From positions 196,948 to 260,947 of the forward strand of contig JAKITS010000001.1 of NCBI GenBank assembly GCA_021648085.1: 64,000 bases of DNA, in the 5' to 3' direction. Both the position numbers and the translations under genes were made by a program. The notes beneath the pieces are model-generated. The model was not told the origin of the DNA, did no database searches, and saw only the letters and a program-made list of their open reading frames with translations. This DNA is from Candidatus Magasanikiibacteriota bacterium. Its GTDB lineage: Bacteria; Patescibacteriota; Patescibacteriia; Magasanikbacterales; UBA922. Shown piece by piece: positions 29,300-38,699 of the stretch (within the stretch, counting starts at the first letter, position 1; every line of letters starts with the position of its first letter).

Positions 29300-29695
29300 T
29301 TAGAACCCTTTTCTTTTAATATAAAGTAGAAGTGACGCCAGTCCTATTGCGTTTTGACGGTCAACTTCCTTAGTAATAGCTATATGTATTTGATAAAGAA
29401 TTTGAATATATTTTTCTTTATTTTCTGCACATAATATATTTAACTCATTTACATAAAATTTATCATTGTCTTCATAAAAATATATAAGTGTTTGTGCGAG
29501 TTTTTCGGAATTTACTTTTACAGACCTTGTCTGGAAAAGATCATTCAGAAGCCAAGACATAAATAGCCAAACCTGTGTTGGATTTTCTATGTTTGGATTT
29601 TTTTTAATAAGCAGACTTAGTTTTTTGTATAGATCTACTTTTGTCGTGGGCTTTCTGGTTTTGTGAGTTGGAAAATGAAGAACATTTTTAGACAT
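29300..29695 (-). CDS. hypothetical protein
   Basis: GAGGAGG SD, own TTGACA promoter at 29771-29776 and terminator. Confidence 0.65.
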   Translation of the reverse strand: MSKNVLHFPTHKTRKPTTKVDLYKKLSLLIKKNPNIENPTQVWLFMSWLLNDLFQTRSVKVNSEKLAQTLIYFYEDNDKFYVNELNILCAENKEKYIQILYQIHIAITKEVDRQNAIGLASLLLYIKRKGF

Positions 29696-29786
29696 TACTT
29701 CCTCCTCTATTATTGATTAAAAGAACGCTACTTTTCAGCAACGCTCAATTATTACATTTTTTCACCTGTTTGTCAAGGGTTTTGTA

Positions 29787-30716
29787 TTATTTTCCACCAA
29801 AAATACCTTTAATTTTTCCCCAAACACCTTCTTTAATTGGAGTTGGTCCTTTTATTTCTGTTTGTACTTTTGGTTGGCTTCCTACTGTTGGTGTCTCTGT
29901 TGTTTTTGTTTGGCGAATTGAAACAGCCTCATTTATTTTGTTTGTGACTAACTCTTTCATTCCTTTTCCAAAATCTGCAGATCCGTTTAATATTTCCATT
30001 GCTTTAATACTTATATCTTGATCAGACATTTGCGGGCTTGTTGCTTGTCTTTCAAGTTCTTTCATTTTAGCTTTTAGTGCTGTGGCGTCGAGCAATCCAA
30101 TAATTTTAGTTTTCTCAGCGTCACTTAAATATGGAAGAGTATCTCCACTAAACCCTAAAACATCTTCTTTAAACAGCTTACTTGATTTTGCCAAGTCTAG
30201 TTGCTGGTCAATGAGATTGCCAATTACCTGCTGTCTTTCTGTGTTGGTTAGTTCTAGTTTTGATAACAGCTCTATATTTTCAGAGTCATTAATTTCTTCT
30301 TTTACACCTTCTGCCTCTTTCATTTGAGAGATTTGTTCTGTTTTTTGTACTTTTTCCCAAATCATCTTTCTTGCAATATCTTCTATAGATCTCAATATTT
30401 CACCTGCTTTTTGAATTGTCTCTTCGTCTGTCCACTCTTCTTGCAATACTTTATCTAAAAAAATTTTACTTTCTTGTTCCATTCTAGACTGAGCAGTTCT
30501 TATAAATGTAGCTTTTTCTTCATCTGTAAACTCAGTTCCGGATGGAATTTCGTTTATTTCATTATTAATTAAATTTTCAGCATATTCTTTTGGAGAGGTT
30601 TTAATTTTTCCAGTTAAAATATCTGCCAAATTTTTTGCATCTTGCGACGCATCTTCTGATTCTACGCTTGAGATTTCAAAATTCTCAGTTAAATTTTCTT
30701 TTTTTTCTGTTTCCAT
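29787..30716 (-). CDS. acidic helical hypothetical protein
   Basis: 309-aa ORF, E/K-rich, amphipathic C-end GVWGKIKGIFGGK. Confidence 0.75.
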   Translation of the reverse strand: METEKKENLTENFEISSVESEDASQDAKNLADILTGKIKTSPKEYAENLINNEINEIPSGTEFTDEEKATFIRTAQSRMEQESKIFLDKVLQEEWTDEETIQKAGEILRSIEDIARKMIWEKVQKTEQISQMKEAEGVKEEINDSENIELLSKLELTNTERQQVIGNLIDQQLDLAKSSKLFKEDVLGFSGDTLPYLSDAEKTKIIGLLDATALKAKMKELERQATSPQMSDQDISIKAMEILNGSADFGKGMKELVTNKINEAVSIRQTKTTETPTVGSQPKVQTEIKGPTPIKEGVWGKIKGIFGGK

Positions 30717-30788
30717 ATATTTATAGTTGATTTTTTAGTTAATTTATTCTACAATACCATTATATTTAATATTTTAAAAGTAAATGTT

Positions 30789-31343
30789 ATGAAAAGAGTA
30801 ATGATTGTATTGTTAGTTGTATTCGCATTGGTAGGTTTTTATGCCTTCAATATATATAATAAGATGGTGACAGCAAATGAGCAAGTGGATGGGCAGTGGG
30901 CCCAGGTAGAAACACAATATCAAAGGCGTTTTGACCTTATCCCAAATTTGGTAAATTCTGTAAAAGGAGCAATGGAGCAAGAGAAGGAAGTTTTTGCAAA
31001 TATTACAGATGCTAGAACAAAATATTCAGGAGCTGTGACTCCAGAAGAGAAAGTTCAAGCTACAAATCAAGTGGAATCATCACTTGGAAGATTGCTGCTT
31101 GTAATGGAAAATTATCCAAATTTGAAATCTATAGATACAGTTCAGTCTCTAATGGTTCAACTAGAAGGAACAGAGAATAGAATTGCAGTGGAGCGTAAGA
31201 GGTATAATGATGAAGTAAAAATATTTAATACACTTGTAAAGCGTGTTCCAGCAAAATTCTTTGCAAGTATGTTTGGATTTGAAGAGAGAACATACTTTGC
31301 ATCAGTAGAAGGATCAGAAAAAGCCGTGGAAGTAAATCTTTAA
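30789..31343 (+). CDS. lemA: LemA family protein
   Basis: YQRRFDLIPNLV, ENYPNLKS, TENRIAVERKRYN. Confidence 0.95.
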   Translation: MKRVMIVLLVVFALVGFYAFNIYNKMVTANEQVDGQWAQVETQYQRRFDLIPNLVNSVKGAMEQEKEVFANITDARTKYSGAVTPEEKVQATNQVESSLGRLLLVMENYPNLKSIDTVQSLMVQLEGTENRIAVERKRYNDEVKIFNTLVKRVPAKFFASMFGFEERTYFASVEGSEKAVEVNL

Positions 31344-31355
31344 TAATCTAAAGTT

Positions 31356-32234
31356 ATGAATCGTATAAAAGCACTAGCTTTTCTAATTACAGCCACACTA
31401 TTATTTCCAGTGGCTGTTTTTGGTTATGCAAATCCGGGTACGCCAACTGGTTTTGTAAATGATTTTGCAGATATGTTTTCCCAAGAACAGGAAGATGTAC
31501 TAAATCAAAAACTAACAAATTTTGAAAAAGAAACTAGCAACGAAATCGCTATTGTGACAGTTCCAAATTTGGGCGAGGATACAATAGAAAATTTTGCAGT
31601 AGAATTGTTTGCAGAGTGGGGAATAGGGAAAAAGAAAAATGACAACGGAGTCTTGCTTTTAATATCTCGAGATGACAGGAAAATGAGGATAGAGGTTGGT
31701 TATGGTTTGGAGGGTGCGCTTACAGATCTGCAAAGTCATCAAATTATACAAAATTTCCTCGTTCCAAATTTTAAACAAGAGTTATATTTTGAGGGCGTAA
31801 ATAGTGCGCTAGATGTAATGATTGGTGCGACAAAAGGGGAATATGAAGCAATAAACAAAGCAGAAACAGCACAAACTGGCTACGATTATCAAACTATATT
31901 TTTCTTTGTAATTTTTGTAGTTATATCGATTACTAGTATTTTGAGTGCTTCCAAATCTTGGTGGGCAGGTGGTGTTTTGGGTGGAATAGGTGGAATTGTA
32001 ATTGGGTTTATTTACGGATTTTTATTTACTGGAATTATATCTATTGCTGTTTTAATTCCACTTGGGCTAATGTTCGATTTTTTTGTTTCTAAATCTCACA
32101 GTAAACATAAATCTCTGGGAACTGTGCCATGGTGGATAGGAATGGGTCGTGGAGGTAGAGGTGGACGAGGTGGTGGTTTTGGAGGTTTTGGTGGTGGAAT
32201 GTCTGGCGGAGGCGGATCTAGTGGAAGTTGGTAA
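31356..32234 (+). CDS. TPM domain protein
   Basis: FVNDFA, DNGVLLLIS..RIEVGYGLEG, Gly-rich tail; follows lemA. Confidence 0.92.
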   Translation: MNRIKALAFLITATLLFPVAVFGYANPGTPTGFVNDFADMFSQEQEDVLNQKLTNFEKETSNEIAIVTVPNLGEDTIENFAVELFAEWGIGKKKNDNGVLLLISRDDRKMRIEVGYGLEGALTDLQSHQIIQNFLVPNFKQELYFEGVNSALDVMIGATKGEYEAINKAETAQTGYDYQTIFFFVIFVVISITSILSASKSWWAGGVLGGIGGIVIGFIYGFLFTGIISIAVLIPLGLMFDFFVSKSHSKHKSLGTVPWWIGMGRGGRGGRGGGFGGFGGGMSGGGGSSGSW

Positions 32235-32300
32235 GTAGAAGTTCCAAATGTTCGAATTGTTTTCCACTTCTCTTGTTCTAAATGGTAGAATTTTTAATCA

Positions 32301-32350
32301 CGTCATCCTGAGCGAAATGGAGCAAAGCGGAATGAAGTCGAATGGATCCC
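32301..32350 (+). repeat. REP-like palindrome
   Basis: CGTCATCCTGAGCGAAATGGAGCAAAGCGGAATGAAGTCGAATGGATCCCC, near-identical to 21326-21375. Confidence 0.85.
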
Positions 32351-32449
32351 CTAATTTGACTCACCAAAATATAAATAATTAAATCAAAGTAATGTTTCCA
32401 TTTTCTTTTCTTAACTTTAAACCTTAAGAACTTTATAACTTTTACAAAT

Positions 32450-33013
32450 ATGTTTAGTGAAATAATATACAATGCAATAAAAAAAACCACTCTTCTTCAT
32501 GAAGGGCAAACTAGAAAAGATCTGGAGAAGACTCCATATATTTCGCATTTGGTAGGTGTTGCTCTAATTTTGTCGCAATATACTTCGGACGAAGATATTA
32601 TAATTGCTGGCTTGCTTCACGATACAATAGAGGATACAAGCTACACGCCAGAAGATTTGGAGCGAGATTTTGGTAAAAAAATAAAAGATATCGTAATGGG
32701 TGTGACAGAGGATAAAAATATAAAAAACTGGAAAGAGAGAAAGCAGAATTATCTGGACAATTTGAAAACTGCTCCTGAAGAAAGTTTGCTGGTTGCTACC
32801 GCAGACAAGATTCACAATATGACCTCACTTTCAATTGATTTTAGAGGGCTAGATGAAGGTGTTTTAAAAAAGTTTAGTTCAAATGTACAAGAAAGAATTT
32901 GGTTTCATGAAGAGGTTTTGAAAATATTAGAAAATAGTACGCAAAATAAAATCATAGAAGAATATAAAAAAGTTTTTAATAAGTCTAAAGAAAAATTTAT
33001 TACATCATCTTGA
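32450..33013 (+). CDS. HD domain protein (small alarmone hydrolase-like)
   Basis: HEGQTRK..PYISH..AGLLHDTIED..ADKIHN. Confidence 0.88.
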   Translation: MFSEIIYNAIKKTTLLHEGQTRKDLEKTPYISHLVGVALILSQYTSDEDIIIAGLLHDTIEDTSYTPEDLERDFGKKIKDIVMGVTEDKNIKNWKERKQNYLDNLKTAPEESLLVATADKIHNMTSLSIDFRGLDEGVLKKFSSNVQERIWFHEEVLKILENSTQNKIIEEYKKVFNKSKEKFITSS

Positions 33014-33021
33014 GTTTCTTC

Positions 33022-33322
33022 TGTCATTTCGAACCAAAGTGAGAAATCTCTTAAACATTGATTCAAACACACTCTCTTTTAACGATAATACTAAAATATT
33101 CTTACTTTACCTTTTGACACCAAAAGGTAACCAAAAGTGCCGAACGGTTGACAATTTTAGGCTTAATTTTATATAAACATTTATTTTGCTCGCCGCAATT
33201 CGCTACACTCGCAATCCTTTTGTATACTCAAAAGGACCGTAAATATTTATAAAAAATTAGTCCAACCAGCCTATCCAGCAGGCAGGAAATTTCAAATGTT
33301 GGGGAGGTTTAGGAGGGGAAAA
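33022..33322 (+). repeat. full copy 3 of ~300-bp structured intergenic element
   Basis: aligns with 11711-12000; carries inserted CAGCCTATCCAGCAGGCAGG-type palindrome in the 3' arm. Confidence 0.9.
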
Positions 33323-33333
33323 AGAGAATAATC

Positions 33334-33373
33334 ACGTCATATTGAGCGAAGCAAAGCGAAGTCGAAATATCCC
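33334..33373 (+). repeat. REP-like palindrome
   Basis: CGTCATATTGAGCGAAGCAAAGCGAAGTCGAAATATCCCC. Confidence 0.85.
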
Positions 33374-33475
33374 CGTACATTATCATCAAAATATAAATAA
33401 TCAAAATAAAATATTTGCCCTTTTTTACTTTATAAACTTTACGAACTTTTAACTTTAAAAACTAATATTAATTTT

Positions 33476-33739
33476 ATGCCAAAAAAAACAAAACAAAAAA
33501 TAAGTAAAAAATTGCAAAAAGAAATAAAGTCTAATTTTGTAAAATATATTGGAGCTGGTTTTGGACTTGTTGCCTCGTTTGCTTGGAACGACGCTATAAA
33601 ATCACTAATTGAAGCTGTATTCCCAGTAAGCGGTCAATATGTGTGGGCAAAATTCGCTTATGCTGTCGTTATGACTTTGGTTGTTGTTGTGCTTATGGTT
33701 TACATTGTGAGAATTTTAAAAGTTGAAGAAGAAAAATAA
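33476..33739 (+). CDS. small membrane protein (DUF5654-like)
   Basis: GFGLVASFAWNDAIK..AKFAYAVVMT. Confidence 0.8.
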   Translation: MPKKTKQKISKKLQKEIKSNFVKYIGAGFGLVASFAWNDAIKSLIEAVFPVSGQYVWAKFAYAVVMTLVVVVLMVYIVRILKVEEEK

Positions 33740-33755
33740 ATATATATTTTCTTTA

Positions 33756-33794
33756 TGTCATCCTGAGCGGAGCAGAGCGAAGTCGAATGGATCT
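33756..33794 (+). repeat. REP-like palindrome
   Basis: TGTCATCCTGAGCGGAGCAGAGCGAAGTCGAATGGATCT. Confidence 0.85.
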
Positions 33795-33837
33795 TGCAAT
33801 AAAATCACTAAAATATTGAATTAAGTAATTTTTTTAA

Positions 33838-34578
33838 ATGCATACTTTACGAGCAAAATTTAAGAATGAAATAATTGCAGAATTTCTACCACCAAAACAT
33901 AATTCAGATAAAATTGTGATTTTGTGTGATGGTTTGCCGACACTTCCAAACAAGAAAAAGTTGTTGAAATTTTTTTCAAAAAAAGGTTTTTGGGTTTTTC
34001 ACTTGCGATACCGCGGGACTTGGGAAAGTGGTGGAGAATTTCTACAAAATTCACCAGAGCAAGATGTGTTGGACATAATAGACGAGTTGCCAAAAGGCTT
34101 CAAAGATGGCTGGAACGGCGATAAGTACAAGGTAAATCCAAAAGAGGTGTGTGTGGTCGGATCTAGCTTTGGTGGAGCTACGGCGCTAATGTGCGCGCGG
34201 AGTGATTTGGTAAAAAAAGTTGTAGCATTTTCTCCGCTTGTGGACTGGACAGAGCCAAGTGAAGAAGAACCTTTGGATAAATTTGTGGAGCAAATAAAAA
34301 ATTCATTTTATAATGCTTATAGATCCACAGACAAAAATTGGCAAAAGCTTTTGACGGGCAAATTTTTCAATCCTATAAATCATATAAATGAAATAGATGG
34401 TAAAAAAGTTTTGGTCTTCCATGCCAAAGACGATAAAATAATAAACTTCAATCCAGTCCAAAATTTCTGCAAAAAAATAGGTGCAACTTTTATACTAAAA
34501 AAGAAGGGTGGGCATTTTTCTCTATCAAAATTGATGAGGTTTGGTTTTTGGTGGAAAGTGAGAAAGTTTTTGAAATAA
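33838..34578 (+). CDS. alpha/beta hydrolase
   Basis: YRGTWESGG, GSSFGG nucleophile elbow, HAKDD, GGH. Confidence 0.88.
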   Translation: MHTLRAKFKNEIIAEFLPPKHNSDKIVILCDGLPTLPNKKKLLKFFSKKGFWVFHLRYRGTWESGGEFLQNSPEQDVLDIIDELPKGFKDGWNGDKYKVNPKEVCVVGSSFGGATALMCARSDLVKKVVAFSPLVDWTEPSEEEPLDKFVEQIKNSFYNAYRSTDKNWQKLLTGKFFNPINHINEIDGKKVLVFHAKDDKIINFNPVQNFCKKIGATFILKKKGGHFSLSKLMRFGFWWKVRKFLK

Positions 34579-34595
34579 AATAAATTTATTTTATT

Positions 34596-35291
34596 ATGCA
34601 TATTTTTCTGGATGAAAGTGGACAATTTCATAAAAACGATTCAGAGGACTATTTTGTAATAGGCTCTTTTACTGTTGGGGATCACAAAAGAACCAAAAAA
34701 AGATTTAAATCTTGGTCTAAAGATAAATTTCCTAAAAAAATAAGATTTAGACCTGAAATAAAGTTTTCTGATTCTGGTATTTCTGATGAATTAAGAATTA
34801 AAACAGTTAAATTTATTTCTAAGTTAGATGTTAGGATTCGTTTTTCTTTTTTGAAAAGGCAAAATATACCAGAAGAATACAAAAGAAAAGAGAAAATTCA
34901 AACGGGCTTACTTTATACAAAAATAGTTGCAGAAACATTGGAAATGTATACTTCTTCTGCAAGTGATCTATTATTTCATGTTTTTTGTGATCAAAGAAAA
35001 TTAAAAGGTGTAAGTAAGAAAGAATTTGTAAATAACATAAAAATTCATTTATTACCTAGTTTGCCAAGCGGTGCAAATATTAAAATAGAAAGAGTTAATT
35101 CAAGAGATTTTCCAAATGTTCAATTAGCAGACTGGATTGTTGGTGTTATAGCATCTTATTTAAATAAAAAACCGTTAGGAGAGGAATTATTTGGTATTTT
35201 GCAAAATAATATTCTTGCTGAAGGAAGAGAAATGTTTAAAGATTATTGGGAAAATAAATTTAACAACCAAAAAACTCAATCGGGGGATTGA
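34596..35291 (+). CDS. DUF3800 domain protein (predicted RNase H-like fold)
   Basis: N-terminal IFLDESG, EIKFS, FCD, C-terminal VQLADW. Confidence 0.85.
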   Translation: MHIFLDESGQFHKNDSEDYFVIGSFTVGDHKRTKKRFKSWSKDKFPKKIRFRPEIKFSDSGISDELRIKTVKFISKLDVRIRFSFLKRQNIPEEYKRKEKIQTGLLYTKIVAETLEMYTSSASDLLFHVFCDQRKLKGVSKKEFVNNIKIHLLPSLPSGANIKIERVNSRDFPNVQLADWIVGVIASYLNKKPLGEELFGILQNNILAEGREMFKDYWENKFNNQKTQSGD

Positions 35292-35396
35292 GGTGTTTGG
35301 TGAAGTAGCGTCTAACATTATGGTATTCCTTAGCTTAAGTCTCAGATGGTCTGAGGGAATACTAAGGCATAAATGAAAGTTATTATTGCATACTTC
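35269..35396 (-). ncRNA. candidate DUF3800-associated structured small RNA
   Basis: own promoter, nested stems, terminator CTCAATC-CCCC-GATTGAG-TTTTTT; no credible ORF. Confidence 0.65.
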
Positions 35397-35402
35397 AATT
35401 TC

Positions 35403-35431
35403 AATATACTACAATGTCGTGCATTTGTCAA
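35403..35431 (-). promoter_or_regulatory. sigma70 promoter for the candidate RNA
   Basis: TTGACA (35431-35426) -17 nt- TATATT (35408-35403). Confidence 0.7.
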
Positions 35432-35557
35432 AGTTATCCACAGTTTTAAGTATAATTATAAAAATAAAACAACTTATAAATAAAAAATATTGGAATTAAA
35501 ATTTTCAATATTTTTGCTTTTAAGGTAAAGTAGAAGAACATTTTAAATAAAAATTTT

Positions 35558-38500
35558 ATGGGTGGTGAATATAACAATTTAGTTTTGGAGTATCTTAATA
35601 ATGTTCAAAAGATATTAGATACTGGAGATGCACGTGAGCATACTTATAGATCTGATTTCAAGATATTGATTGAAAGTTTAGTTTCAAATATTCAGGCAAT
35701 AAATGAGCCAGCCTATACAGGTGGAAATGCGCCTGATTTTTTGTTTAAAAAAGGTGATACACCAATTGCTTATGCAGAGTGCAAGGATGTGACGGTAGAT
35801 ATAAAAAATACAGATACACAAAAACAGGCAAAACGTTATGCAGATGCTTTTGGGAAAATTTTACTTACAAATTATTATGATTTTCAATTTATTCCAGAAG
35901 AGGGAGAAAAAATATCTGTTTCAATTGCGGTAAAAGAGGAAAATAAAATTGTACCAACAGAAGAAAATTTTGATAAATTCGTAAATTTGATTCAGGATTA
36001 TATAACTCCGTCTTATAGAACAATTAAATCTGCAAAAAGATTGGCAGAAATAATGGCAAGTAAAGCGCGGATTATTCGTGACAATGCTTTGGCTTCACTT
36101 AGTGAAAATAAAGACTCAGACATTTTTGCTCAATACGAATCATTTAAACAAGTTCTTATTCGTGATCTTTCGGAAAATGAGTTTGCGGATATGTATGCTC
36201 AAACTCTTGTTTATGGGTTGTTTGTGGCTCGTTATTATGATAAAACAGAGAAAGATTTTTCTCGTCACGAAGCTCAAGATTTATTACCTTCATCCAATCC
36301 ACTTTTGAAAAAGTTTTTTGGACATGTGGCTGGCACAGATTATGATCCCAAAATTGCGTGGTTGGTAGATAGTTTGATAGAAACTTATTCGTCTACAAGT
36401 GTAGCATATATAATGCACAAAGAGTTTGAGAAAAAACAAAAAGATCCTGTTCTTCATTTTTATGAAACTTTTTTGACTAGTTATGACAAAGGACTTCGTA
36501 AAAAAAGAGGAGTGTATTATACGCCCGAGCCGGTAGTTTCTTTTATTGTTCGTAGTGTGGACCAGATTTTAAAAACTAAATTTGGTTTAAGTAAAGGACT
36601 TGCTGATACCACAAAAATAGAATATAAAGCCAAAGTTCAAGGAGAAGATGGTAGAACAAAAGATAACGTAAAAAGGATAATAAAACAAACATATAAAGTA
36701 CAAATTCTAGATCCTGCGGTAGGAACTGGTACATTTTTAAATGAAGTAATTCATGAAATACACAAAAAATTTGTTGGACAAGAAGGTCAGTGGGATTCTT
36801 ATGTTCGAGATAGCTTACTTTCGCGTTTGCACGGTTTTGAGCTGATGATGGCAAGTTATACTATGGCTCACCTTAAACTTGGGATTACGCTAAAAGAACT
36901 TGGTTATAAAGGAGATGAAAGGCTGTCTGTATGGCTTACTAATAGCTTAGAAGGTGCAATAGATAAAATACCCGATCTTTTTATGGGGCAATGGCTAACA
37001 AAAGAATCAAACCAAGCTTCAAAAATTAAATCTGAAATGCCAATTATGGTTGTGTTGGGTAATCCTCCTTATTCTGGTGAAAGTTCTAATAAAAATTATA
37101 AAGGACATAATGTTTATAAAGTAGAACCGGGAGGGAATCAAAAACTTCAAGAGCGAAATTCGAAATGGCTTAACGATGATTATGTAAAATTTATTCGTTT
37201 TGCTGAAAATCAAATAGAAAAAACGGGAGAAGGAATTGTAAGCTTTATCACACCTCATGGATATTTAGATAATCCAACTTTCAGAGGTATGCGTTGGCAT
37301 TTAATGGAAACTTTTAGTGAAATTTATGTTTTAGATTTGCATGGGAATGCAAATAAAAACGAGACAACTTCTGAAGGAGGAAAAGATGAAAATGTCTTTG
37401 GAATTAAAACAGGAACTTCTATAATTTTTGCAATAAAAAATAAAAATTCAAAAAACAAAACTGCAAAAGTTTACCATGCTGATTTTTATGGAAAACAAAA
37501 TAAAAAATATAATTTATTAAATGAAAATAATTGGGAATCTATAAAATGGAAAAAATTATCTCCAAATAAACCAAATCTTTATTTTATACCGTTTAATAAC
37601 GAGTTGAAAAAAGAATATAATGAAGGTTTTTCAATTGTAGATTTAATGGAAACAAATTCAGTAGGTATTGTGACTTCTCGCGATAAATTTATTATCAATA
37701 ATTCAAGAGAAAAACTTATAATTAAAATAAAAGATTTTTTAATGCTTGATCCTGATAAAGCAAAACAAAAATATAATTTACGAGAAAACCAAAACTGGAA
37801 AATTATAAAGGCACAAAAACATATTTTTGATGAAAAAAATCTTCAAAAAATTTCCTATCGCCCGTTTGATAATAGGTGGATATATTATCATAATGATTTT
37901 ATCGAGCGTTCTAGAAAAGAAACAATGAAACATTTTAATAATAAAAATAATGTAGGATTAGTTTTGTGTAGGCAGGTTAAAGCTGGTAAATCATATCAAC
38001 ATAATTTTATAACTAACAATATTACAGAATCAACATTGGTTTCTAATAAAACATCAGAAATTGGATATGTATTTCCTTTATATTCTTATGTAAATGATAG
38101 CATCAAAAATTATAATTTTAACATAGACATAATAGGAGAAATTAAAAATAAAGTTGGAGCCACTTTAGTATCACGTAGTTCAAATAATCCAACTCTACAA
38201 ATTACTGATGGTAGTATTTTTACACCAGAAAATATTTTGGATTATATTTATGCAGTTCTTCATTCTCCAAAATATCGTGAAAAATACAAAGAATTTTTGA
38301 AAATAGATTTCCCCCGTGTTCCATATCCAGAAAATAAGCAAAAATTTTGGAATTTAGTTGGGTTAGGAAAAGAATTGAGAGAATTGCATTTATTAGAATC
38401 TCCAAAAGTTTCAAATTTTATCACAACTTTCCCAGAAAGTGGTTCAAATAAAGTTGAAAAGAAATATCCAAAATACGAAGATGAAAAAGTATTTATAAAT

Positions 38501-38692
38501 TATACTCAATATTTTGGCAATGTTCCAGAAGTTGCCTGGAACTTCTACATCGGCGGATACCAACCAGCCCAAAAATGGCTCAAAGACCGCCGAGAACGAG
38601 AACTAAGCAATGAAGACATAGATCACTACCAAGAAATGATAGTCTCCCTAACCGAAACCCACCGAATTATGCAGGAAATTGATAAAGTTTAA
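35558..38692 (+). CDS. type IIG / ISP-like fused restriction-modification enzyme (N6-adenine MTase)
   Basis: N-terminal PDF..AECK nuclease, GVYYTP, ILDPAVGTGTF, GNPPY, C-terminal YRPFD/YIYAVLHS/IGGYQ specificity domain. Confidence 0.9.
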   Translation: MGGEYNNLVLEYLNNVQKILDTGDAREHTYRSDFKILIESLVSNIQAINEPAYTGGNAPDFLFKKGDTPIAYAECKDVTVDIKNTDTQKQAKRYADAFGKILLTNYYDFQFIPEEGEKISVSIAVKEENKIVPTEENFDKFVNLIQDYITPSYRTIKSAKRLAEIMASKARIIRDNALASLSENKDSDIFAQYESFKQVLIRDLSENEFADMYAQTLVYGLFVARYYDKTEKDFSRHEAQDLLPSSNPLLKKFFGHVAGTDYDPKIAWLVDSLIETYSSTSVAYIMHKEFEKKQKDPVLHFYETFLTSYDKGLRKKRGVYYTPEPVVSFIVRSVDQILKTKFGLSKGLADTTKIEYKAKVQGEDGRTKDNVKRIIKQTYKVQILDPAVGTGTFLNEVIHEIHKKFVGQEGQWDSYVRDSLLSRLHGFELMMASYTMAHLKLGITLKELGYKGDERLSVWLTNSLEGAIDKIPDLFMGQWLTKESNQASKIKSEMPIMVVLGNPPYSGESSNKNYKGHNVYKVEPGGNQKLQERNSKWLNDDYVKFIRFAENQIEKTGEGIVSFITPHGYLDNPTFRGMRWHLMETFSEIYVLDLHGNANKNETTSEGGKDENVFGIKTGTSIIFAIKNKNSKNKTAKVYHADFYGKQNKKYNLLNENNWESIKWKKLSPNKPNLYFIPFNNELKKEYNEGFSIVDLMETNSVGIVTSRDKFIINNSREKLIIKIKDFLMLDPDKAKQKYNLRENQNWKIIKAQKHIFDEKNLQKISYRPFDNRWIYYHNDFIERSRKETMKHFNNKNNVGLVLCRQVKAGKSYQHNFITNNITESTLVSNKTSEIGYVFPLYSYVNDSIKNYNFNIDIIGEIKNKVGATLVSRSSNNPTLQITDGSIFTPENILDYIYAVLHSPKYREKYKEFLKIDFPRVPYPENKQKFWNLVGLGKELRELHLLESPKVSNFITTFPESGSNKVEKKYPKYEDEKVFINYTQYFGNVPEVAWNFYIGGYQPAQKWLKDRRERELSNEDIDHYQEMIVSLTETHRIMQEIDKV

Positions 38693-38699
38693 AATTGAT

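Noticed and set aside
32140-32234. GGT/GGA-rich tandem repeat
   Set aside because: Normal Gly-rich tail of TPM proteins
35191-35376. 61-aa ORF across the DUF3800 end
   Set aside because: Alternative-frame overlap with a weak start; region better explained by the minus-strand RNA
35434-35442. Perfect DnaA box TTATCCACA as oriC
   Set aside because: Single box, no cluster and no dnaA nearby; at most regulatory
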